From the NCBI RefSeq assembly GCF_004365815.1, contig NZ_SODD01000010.1:29127-61126 (forward strand): 32,000 nt of DNA, read 5' to 3'. Positions 25,862-32,000 of the stretch are shown here, piece after piece (within the stretch, counting starts at the first letter, position 1; every line of letters begins with the position of its first letter). Source of the stretch: Breznakia blatticola (lineage in GTDB: Bacteria; Bacillota_I; Bacilli_A; Erysipelotrichales; Erysipelotrichaceae). The notes below the pieces were generated by a model. It made no database searches. It was not told the DNA's origin and was given only the letters and a program-made list of their open reading frames with translations. The position numbers were made by a program, and so were the translations under genes.

Positions 25862-26521
25862 ATGAACGAAAAACAAATCAGAAAATTAAGAAATACTTTA
25901 TATGAACAAACTAGATATAGTGGAATTGAAGATTACTTTTATGCTTCAGTTTTGCTTCCGCTAATCTATATTGATGGAAGCTTGCATGTTTTGTTTGAAA
26001 AACGAACGGATACAATTCGTCAGCCAGGAGAAATTAGTTTTCCAGGTGGGGGAATTGAAAAAGATGATCCTTCACCACTAGATACAGCAATTCGAGAAAC
26101 GGTAGAGGAACTTGGCTGTAGTATAAAGGATATTGAAGTCATAGCTAAATTAAATACCCTTATACTTGCTAGTGGTATGGTCATTCATGCATATGCTGGT
26201 TTTTTACATACATCAATGGAGTCATTGCAGTATAACAAAGCGGAAGTGGATCATCTATTTACCATTCCATTGGATTACTTTTATAAACACGAACCAAAAG
26301 CGTATTACTGCAATGTTGAAATTCAACCATATACATTTGATGAGCACGGAAATAAAGTGCAGCTACTACCAACAGCAGAACTAGGATTGCCTGAATCTTA
26401 TCAACAACCGTGGGGAAATGCGAAACAAGTAGTTTATTTTTATCAAACAAGTGATGCTTTAATATGGGGGTTAACAGCAAATATCATGTACGATTTCACA
26501 AGAAAAAGTAGAGAAGATTAA
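25862..26521 (+). CDS. Nudix hydrolase, CoA pyrophosphatase-type
   Basis: The Nudix box is GGGIEKDDPSPLDTAIRETVEELG. It is preceded by the NuCoA-like motif LFEKRTDTIRQPGEISFPGG. Confidence 0.85.
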   Translation: MNEKQIRKLRNTLYEQTRYSGIEDYFYASVLLPLIYIDGSLHVLFEKRTDTIRQPGEISFPGGGIEKDDPSPLDTAIRETVEELGCSIKDIEVIAKLNTLILASGMVIHAYAGFLHTSMESLQYNKAEVDHLFTIPLDYFYKHEPKAYYCNVEIQPYTFDEHGNKVQLLPTAELGLPESYQQPWGNAKQVVYFYQTSDALIWGLTANIMYDFTRKSRED

Positions 26522-26662
26522 CTTTTTATCCGTTTTCTATTTTTTATTTACAATTGATGAACCAATTCTTCCACTTTTCATATAGTTTTCACTCGTTAGG
26601 AATGCGTTCATCACATAAATAGGCTATAATAACAGTAACAAAAGAATAGGAGGTACTTGCAT

Positions 26663-27196
26663 ATGAAAGTACAAATTTATGGAAAAAACGTAACCGTAAC
26701 ACCGGCTATCGCCGAGAAGATTGAGACGAAACTCAATTTCTTGAAGAAGTATTTCATCATAGATGATGATGTTACAGCAAACGTGGTCATCCGAGTGTAT
26801 CCTGTTGGACAAAAAATTGAAGTTACAATACCAACAAAGTTTGCAGTTTTAAGGGCTGAGGTTGTCGATGATGATCTATATGCTGCAATCGACTTGGTTA
26901 TCGATAAACTAGAAGACCAAATTCGTAGACAAAAAACAAGATTACAAAGAAATAAAGGAAGAGATAGTTTAGCAATGGCATTCATTGAAGAAGATATTCC
27001 TGAAGATGATGTAATTGATGAAGAAGTTGTAAGAACGAAAACCATCATTCCAGATGAAATGGATATCGATGAAGCAATTATGAGAATGGAAATGTTAGGG
27101 CACTCATTCTTCGTATATAAAGATAATGAAACACAAGATGTAGCAGTTGTTTACCGTCGTCAAAACGGTGGATACGGTTGTATCGAAACCGAATAA
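26663..27196 (+). CDS. hpf: Ribosome hibernation-promoting factor, long form
   Basis: The N-terminus is MKVQIYGKNVTVTPAIAEKIETKL. The C-terminal dimerisation domain includes PDEMDIDEAIMRMEMLGHSFFVYKD...AVVYRRQNGGYGCIE. I set the start at the ATG at 26663, 9 nt after AGGAGG. The tracked TTG at 26657 was rejected. Confidence 0.9.
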   Translation: MKVQIYGKNVTVTPAIAEKIETKLNFLKKYFIIDDDVTANVVIRVYPVGQKIEVTIPTKFAVLRAEVVDDDLYAAIDLVIDKLEDQIRRQKTRLQRNKGRDSLAMAFIEEDIPEDDVIDEEVVRTKTIIPDEMDIDEAIMRMEMLGHSFFVYKDNETQDVAVVYRRQNGGYGCIETE

Positions 27197-27206
27197 TTCA
27201 GATATA

Positions 27207-27236
27207 AAGCAATCCAAAATAGGGTTGCTTTTTTAT
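27207..27236 (+). terminator. Rho-independent terminator after hpf
   Basis: The stem AAGCAATCC (27207..27215) pairs with GGGTTGCTT (27222..27230, one G-U pair), followed by TTTTAT. Confidence 0.65.
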
Positions 27237-27303
27237 ATTTAAAACAAGTAAATAAATATGTATATATAATTAATATATTTTATATAATTTGCAATAAATT
27301 GAC

Positions 27304-27341
27304 TGAAAGCGCTTGCAAACAAAAAAGCAAAGTGCTACTAT
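27304..27341 (+). promoter_or_regulatory. cre-like site (TGAAAGCGCTTGCA) overlapping a promoter (-35 TTGCAA, 17 nt, -10 TACTAT)
   Basis: The sequence at 27304..27317 matches the CcpA cre consensus TGWAANCGNTNWCA with one mismatch. TTGCAA lies at 27313..27318 and TACTAT at 27336..27341. The same architecture recurs at 30581..30618. Confidence 0.55.
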
Positions 27342-27351
27342 TGTGGCAACA

Positions 27352-27435
27352 GGATAGTGATTGCAAAAGCAAGCTAAACCTATGTATAACAAAATTCTCA
27401 TTTTGAGGATGCATATGCATAGGTTTTTCTTTTTG
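27352..27435 (+). promoter_or_regulatory. RAT-like element overlapping an intrinsic terminator (BglG/LicT/SacY-type antitermination leader)
   Basis: GGATAGTGATTGCAAAAGCAAGCTAAACCTATGTA (27352..27386) compares well with the Bacillus RAT GGATTGTGACTGGTAAAGCAGGCAAGACCTAAAAT (from memory). The terminator stem AAACCTATGTATA (27376..27388) pairs with TATGCATAGGTTT (27414..27426), followed by TTCTTTTT. The 3' end of the RAT overlaps the 5' arm of the terminator, as in classical systems. Confidence 0.7.
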
Positions 27436-27536
27436 TAATGCACTTTTCAAGGAGGTGAGTGGAAAAATAGGACGAAGCATGTGGGGATTATTACTAAGGG
27501 AGAAATATGAGCATGTAAGCGAAAGAGGGACGAAAC

Positions 27537-30449
27537 ATGAAAAATAAAATATTAAATCTTGCTTTGGTCGGAGTGTGTGCTGTGGGAGCATTCAATGTAA
27601 CGCCTGTAAAAGCAAATGACACAAATCTTACTTATACTGTAGACGTAAAGGATATTCATGCAATTGAAAATAGTGTTGCAAAAACAATTAAAGTTGATTT
27701 TGTAACGAACCCTAATAATGGGCCAACACTTGGTTTATTGCATAATGTTGATGGAAGTGGAAACAATCCATACATTTTATCCGAAACTGACGGAGAGTAT
27801 ACGTATGCATTTAAAGATATGAACCGAAATGGTCAACTGGATGATTACGAAGATTGGCGTTTATCTACTGATGAAAGAGCAGAAGATCTTGCTGATTATT
27901 TAGTAAATGAAACAGATGACCAAGGAAATAAAACTGGAATTAAAAAAATTGCTGGATTGATGTTATTTAGTTCACACGAAGGAAATAGTGCAGCTGGATT
28001 AACAGAAAGCCAGAAACAATATTTAACGGATTCGTATGTTCGTAACATTACGGATTCAGCTGACAATAATGTAGAAAACGCAGTTGGTTGGACAAACCAA
28101 ATGCAAGCATTCGTTGAAGAAAGTGACTTCAACGTGCCTGTAGACTTTAGTTCGGATCCACGTTCTACTGCAGGTTCTGGAGACTTATATTCAAGTGCTG
28201 CAGAAAATAGTGATATTTCATCTTGGCCATCAAATTTAGGTATGGCTGCAACATTTGATGAAGATCACATGTACAATTTTGCAAAAGCAACATCTGCAGA
28301 ATATCGTGCACTTGGTATTGTTACTGCACTTGGACCACAAATTGATTTAGCTACGGATCCACGTTGGTTACGTAATGGTGGTACATTTGGAGAAGATACA
28401 GAATTAGCTACAATGATGGCACAAGCATATGTAGATGGAACACAATCTACATATGCAGCTGATGGAACTGACTTAGGTTGGGGATTATCATCAGTAAATG
28501 CAATGATTAAACACTTCCCAGGAGATGGTGCTGGTGAAGGTGGACGTGAATCACATACAGCAGCAGGTAAATACGCAGTGTATCCTGGAAATAACTATGA
28601 AGAACACCTAAAACCATTCGTTGATGGTGGATTCAACTTAAAAGGACTTACAAAAAGTGCTGCTGCAGTAATGACAAGTTACTCAATTGGGGTAAACTCT
28701 GATGGAACTGCACTTGGTGGTGAATATGTTGGTTCAGCATATAGTGCATTTAAAATGGACTTGCTTCGTAAAGTACAAGGATTTGATGGAGTTGTTTGTA
28801 CAGACTGGGGAGTTACAAGTTATGGATTCTTCGGAATGGCATGGGGAATGGAAAATGCTTCAACAACTGAACGTCACTATGCGATTTTAGAAAATGGAAC
28901 TGATATGTTTGGTGGAAACAATGATGCAACACCAATCGTAGAATCATATGAACAAATGGTAGCAGAAGATGGTGAAGCAGCTGCAAATGCACGCTTTGCT
29001 GAAAGTGCAACACGTTTATTAAAACTTACAATGAACCCTGGTTTATTTGAAAACCCATATCAAGATTTAACTGATGCTAAAGCAATTGCTGGTTCTAGTG
29101 ATAAAGTAGAAGCAGGATACAATGCACAACTTGATTCAATTGTTATGGTGAAAAATGCAGATAACACAATTCAAGAAGCTTCATTAAATGCAAAAGATCC
29201 AAAAGATATGACAGTGTATATTCCAATGGTTTACACAGAAGAACAACCTGGAATTTTCTCAAGTACACCAGCTGGATGGAGTTCATCAATGAACCTTGAT
29301 GTTGCAAAATCTGTATATGGAACAGTACTTACAGATATTGAAGGTGTAGATGATGAAGGAAATACAACATATACAACACCTGATTTAACAAATGTTGATA
29401 AAGTAATCGTTGGAATGCGTTCACCTATGAATGGTGGATTGTTCGCAAATACTGGACGTTACACAAAAGATGATGGATCATTTGGATACTACCCATTATC
29501 ATTACAATATGGTACATATGTTGCAGATGGTGAAAATGTAAGAAAAACATCAATTGCTGGTGATACATTAGCAGATGGAACTAAAGAAAACCGTTCATAC
29601 TATGGTGAAGAATCAAGACTTATCAATGGTCATGATTTAACAATCGTATTAAATGCAGTAGCTGCAGTTGAAGCAACTGGAAAAGACATTCCAATCGTTG
29701 TTTCTATGAATGCTAGTGGACCTGCAATCATGGCAGAATTTGAAGATAAAGTAGATGCAATCGTGGTGGGATTCTCAGTAAGTGATAAAGCAATTTATGA
29801 TGTAATTGAAGGTAACCACGAACCTAGAGGTTTATTACCAATGCAATTCCCAGCAAACATGGATACAGTTGAAGCGAACTATGAAGATGTTGCTTTAGAC
29901 TTAGATTGCTATGTTGATTCTCAAGGAAATACATACGACTTCGCATATGGATTAAACTGGACAGGTGTAATCAATGACGAACGTGTAAAACAATACGGAC
30001 ACAACAATAATGAAGAAGTTGTAAGTGAATTACAACTTAGTGCAACTGACTTTACATTAACTTACGATGAAGCAAAAAAAGCAGATGCAAAAGCCGTATT
30101 AGCAAAAGCAAACGCTTCAGCAAAATGGAGTGTTGATCTTGCTACTAACGAAGATATCACACTAGAAGTAAGTGCTGCTAGTTTAGATGCACTTAAAGCA
30201 GTTGGTAAAGATGGAGCAACAGTTGAAGTTACAATTGAAGCAAAAACAGCAACAAAAACAAAATCAGTTGTTGTTAAAGCATCAGTGGACAAACAAAAAA
30301 CAGTTTCTGATCCATCAACATCACCAAATACAAGCAATCCAGTAGATACATCAGATACGACAAACCAAGGAGTGTTAATTGCACTTGCTGGTGGGGCATT
30401 ACTTGTATTATTACGTGCTGTTTACCAAAGAAAAATAAATAAATCATAA
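27537..30449 (+). CDS. Secreted, C-terminally anchored glycoside hydrolase family 3 enzyme
   Basis: 970 aa with a signal peptide (MKNKILNLALVGVCAVGAFNVTPVKA). GH3 motifs are present: KHFPGDGAGEGGRE and the nucleophile region GFDGVVCTDWGV. The C-terminus has an Ala/Lys/Thr-rich linker, a hydrophobic helix and a basic tail (VLIALAGGALLVLLRAVYQRKINKS). Confidence 0.85.
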   Translation: MKNKILNLALVGVCAVGAFNVTPVKANDTNLTYTVDVKDIHAIENSVAKTIKVDFVTNPNNGPTLGLLHNVDGSGNNPYILSETDGEYTYAFKDMNRNGQLDDYEDWRLSTDERAEDLADYLVNETDDQGNKTGIKKIAGLMLFSSHEGNSAAGLTESQKQYLTDSYVRNITDSADNNVENAVGWTNQMQAFVEESDFNVPVDFSSDPRSTAGSGDLYSSAAENSDISSWPSNLGMAATFDEDHMYNFAKATSAEYRALGIVTALGPQIDLATDPRWLRNGGTFGEDTELATMMAQAYVDGTQSTYAADGTDLGWGLSSVNAMIKHFPGDGAGEGGRESHTAAGKYAVYPGNNYEEHLKPFVDGGFNLKGLTKSAAAVMTSYSIGVNSDGTALGGEYVGSAYSAFKMDLLRKVQGFDGVVCTDWGVTSYGFFGMAWGMENASTTERHYAILENGTDMFGGNNDATPIVESYEQMVAEDGEAAANARFAESATRLLKLTMNPGLFENPYQDLTDAKAIAGSSDKVEAGYNAQLDSIVMVKNADNTIQEASLNAKDPKDMTVYIPMVYTEEQPGIFSSTPAGWSSSMNLDVAKSVYGTVLTDIEGVDDEGNTTYTTPDLTNVDKVIVGMRSPMNGGLFANTGRYTKDDGSFGYYPLSLQYGTYVADGENVRKTSIAGDTLADGTKENRSYYGEESRLINGHDLTIVLNAVAAVEATGKDIPIVVSMNASGPAIMAEFEDKVDAIVVGFSVSDKAIYDVIEGNHEPRGLLPMQFPANMDTVEANYEDVALDLDCYVDSQGNTYDFAYGLNWTGVINDERVKQYGHNNNEEVVSELQLSATDFTLTYDEAKKADAKAVLAKANASAKWSVDLATNEDITLEVSAASLDALKAVGKDGATVEVTIEAKTATKTKSVVVKASVDKQKTVSDPSTSPNTSNPVDTSDTTNQGVLIALAGGALLVLLRAVYQRKINKS

Positions 30450-30510
30450 TACGATTCTATACATAGGGGTTATGAATCGTAGATTATAAAATCGAGACAG
30501 ACTTTTATAC

Positions 30511-30561
30511 ATGGTGTATGTTAGTAAGTTTTAAACTTATAAAACATGCACCATTTTTTTA
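30511..30561 (+). terminator. Strong rho-independent terminator after the GH3 gene
   Basis: The stem ATGGTGTATGTT (30511..30522) pairs with AACATGCACCAT (30543..30554, one G-U pair), followed by T7. Confidence 0.75.
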
Positions 30562-30580
30562 AAATGATGTGATTTTTATG

Positions 30581-30618
30581 TGAAAGCGCTTGCAATAAAC
30601 TTAGATAAATGCTATCCT
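30581..30618 (+). promoter_or_regulatory. Second copy of the cre-like site (TGAAAGCGCTTGCA) plus promoter (-35 TTGCAA, 17 nt, -10 TATCCT)
   Basis: The cre-like 14-mer at 30581..30594 is identical to the one at 27304..27317. TTGCAA lies at 30590..30595 and TATCCT at 30613..30618. Confidence 0.5.
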
Positions 30619-30625
30619 AAAACCA

Positions 30626-30706
30626 GGATAGTTATTGCATAACGTGAGCTAAACCTATGTACCAATGTTTATTTTTTGAGCAATTGGTAGATAGGTTTTT
30701 CTTTTG
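30626..30706 (+). promoter_or_regulatory. Second RAT-like element plus terminator
   Basis: GGATAGTTATTGCATAACGTGAGCTAAACCTATGT (30626..30660) shares both flanks with the copy at 27352. The terminator stem AAACCTATGTACCAAT (30651..30666) pairs with ATTGGTAGATAGGTTT (30683..30698, one mismatch), followed by TTCTTTT. Confidence 0.65.
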
Positions 30707-30860
30707 CAATGTATTTAAGGAGGTGTAAAGGGGTATATTGTGTTTTGAAGAGGTGTATTCATAATAGAGGGATAGAATACAACTACCAAAAAAAGTACGA
30801 AAAAGTGTATGTGTTGCTAAGCAACCAAAGTTTTATTCATGAGAAGACAGAAATTTAACT

Positions 30861-30893
30861 GGATAGTTACATTGAGTTGGCTAAACCTTAATT
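30861..30893 (+). promoter_or_regulatory. Third, more diverged RAT-like sequence, just upstream of the SD of the next gene
   Basis: GGATAGTTACATTGAGTTGGCTAAACCTTAATT keeps the GGATAGTTA and GCTAAACCT flanks. CCTTAA (30886..30891) can pair with TTAAGG (30907..30912), which overlaps the SD AAGGAG (30909..30914). Confidence 0.35.
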
Positions 30894-30920
30894 TACAAAC
30901 AGAAAGTTAAGGAGAGAATT

Positions 30921-32000
30921 ATGTTTAGAAAAATTGGAATTACATTACTTACATGTTTTACATTATTTGGGACAACAGGACTTACAGAATCTATTACAAG
31001 TCATGTTGATACAGTGGAAGCACCTGCAGAAACATTATCAAATTATAATGTTGCGACGAGTGATATGACTTGGAAATATTTGGATGATAATACAGATCCA
31101 AATAAAGGTACTTGGTATGAAGGATGGAATAAGCGTAACGGTTGGGCGTACCCAATTGGTTGGTTAGACCATGGAGCAATTGACATGGAGTTCGATGATG
31201 CTGCTTGGCCTACTTATGATGGTACTACGTTCACAACTACAAACGATGGAAGTGGACAAGTGTTAAAAACTAATGATGATGGTACAACATACAGTACATA
31301 CTATTTACGTCACACATTCCGTTTAACACAAAAACAAGTAGATAGCATTTATGCAATCTCAGGAAAAGTTAAGTACAATGATGCAATGATTATGTACATC
31401 AACGGAAAACCAGTTGGAAATTTCTTCAATATTCCAACAAGCAACTACAAGAAGAATACAGAATATGGTAGTCAAGTAAAGGTTGATGGGTATATCGAAG
31501 AAGAATTCTTAGTAGAGGATGTATCAAGTTTAGCTGATGGTTATGTTCCTGGTACATATAAAACTGAATACAGTGAATCGTTTAAACAAGATGTATTAGT
31601 TTTAGATCAACCAGAAACTGATGCATTCGGGAATACATTTATGGATATCACAATTGCAGTGGAACTTCACACATATGATGAAGTGGACGAAGATGCATTA
31701 TTTGAATTAGTTGAATTTAACATCAACCCTGCTGGTGATAAATTGCCAGATAGTGATGCAGTAAAAAATGTATCATTAAACGTAGGTAGTGATGAAAGTT
31801 CATTAAACCTTGCTTGGTTTGCGACTTCTGAAAATGCAGGAGCACTTCAAATCATGGAAGGTAATGATGTAAGTGTATTTGATGAAGCAAAAGCAACAAC
31901 AATACCTGCTAAATCAACAGAAAAAGCATATACAAAATTTACAGATACACACTACTACTCAAATAAAGTAGATTACAATGGAATTGAACCAGGTAAAAAC
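30921..32000 (+). CDS. Secreted protein, 3'-truncated by the window: signal peptide, jelly-roll/CBM-like domain, then a purple-acid-phosphatase N-terminal-like domain (probable metallophosphoesterase)
   Basis: This ORF is not in the track because it runs off the window end. I translated 360 codons with no stop: MFRKIGITLLTCFTLFGTTGLTESITSHV...TWKYLDDNTDP...FDDAAWP...SLNLAWFATSENAGALQI...YYSNKVDYNGIEPGKN. The SD AAGGAG lies 6 nt before the ATG. The function call rests on a motif impression only. Confidence 0.6.
   Translation, partial: MFRKIGITLLTCFTLFGTTGLTESITSHVDTVEAPAETLSNYNVATSDMTWKYLDDNTDPNKGTWYEGWNKRNGWAYPIGWLDHGAIDMEFDDAAWPTYDGTTFTTTNDGSGQVLKTNDDGTTYSTYYLRHTFRLTQKQVDSIYAISGKVKYNDAMIMYINGKPVGNFFNIPTSNYKKNTEYGSQVKVDGYIEEEFLVEDVSSLADGYVPGTYKTEYSESFKQDVLVLDQPETDAFGNTFMDITIAVELHTYDEVDEDALFELVEFNINPAGDKLPDSDAVKNVSLNVGSDESSLNLAWFATSENAGALQIMEGNDVSVFDEAKATTIPAKSTEKAYTKFTDTHYYSNKVDYNGIEPGKN

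Noticed and set aside
26677-27048. 123-aa ORF on the minus strand, antisense to hpf
   Set aside because: The product is a Ser-rich low-complexity translation inside a confidently identified HPF gene. It has no ribosome-binding site.
27280-27591. 103-aa minus-strand ORF covering the GH3 leader
   Set aside because: The region is fully explained on the plus strand by the cre site, promoter, RAT and terminator, which are duplicated at 30581. The ORF runs into the GH3 start and has no SD.
30453-30478. 8-bp hairpin TACGATTC...GAATCGTA just after the GH3 stop
   Set aside because: No T-tract follows it. The real terminator is the longer hairpin plus T7 at 30511..30561.
1-32000. Search for CRISPR repeats, tRNA/rRNA genes, IS elements, integrases and prophage genes
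   Set aside because: I recognised no regularly spaced direct repeats, cloverleaf-like sequences, transposase or recombinase motifs, or terminal inverted repeats. The only notable repeat is the duplicated regulatory leader reported in the findings at 27304..27457 and 30581..30920.

Overview
The window is a low-GC Gram-positive (Bacillota-type) chromosomal segment. It is densely coded and mostly housekeeping or metabolic. I found no rRNA, tRNA, CRISPR array, transposase or integrase.

Gene content, left to right:
- A 5'-truncated possible TetR-like gene, a DUF998-like membrane protein and a convergent low-molecular-weight (LMW) tyrosine phosphatase.
- A mannitol-family PTS operon: EIICB, an MtlR-type PRD activator and an unusual EIIB-EIIA fusion. 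mtlD is replaced by a 1-phosphofructokinase-family kinase plus a SorE-like zinc dehydrogenase.
- MarR, an untracked 59-codon small ORF, a GNAT acetyltransferase and a flavodoxin/2x[4Fe-4S] protein.
- A lysine (L-box) riboswitch driving lysA-dapF-dapA-dapB-dapH.
- An orphan ECF-like sigma factor.
- RNase J and peptide deformylase on the minus strand.
- A SEDS protein (FtsW/RodA family), rsmD and coaD.
- A tight four-gene cassette: ankyrin-like protein, HTH-WYL regulator, DUF2779-like Cas4/RNase H-type protein, and a cytoplasmic PLC/P1-nuclease-fold zinc hydrolase.
- An Fe-alcohol dehydrogenase, a CoA-pyrophosphatase-type Nudix hydrolase and HPF.
- Two genes for secreted enzymes: a 970-aa GH3, and a 3'-truncated purple-acid-phosphatase-like protein. 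Each is preceded by a near-identical module of cre site, promoter, RAT (ribonucleic antiterminator) and terminator.

Best candidates for something undescribed:
1. The WYL-headed cassette at 20714-24525, a possible nucleic-acid sensing/cleaving module.
2. The mtlD-less mannitol-type PTS operon, which implies a route via a ketose-1-phosphate.
3. The duplicated BglG/LicT-style RAT leaders in front of extracellular enzyme genes, with no antiterminator gene in the window.

All family assignments rest on motif recognition by eye. No database search was run.
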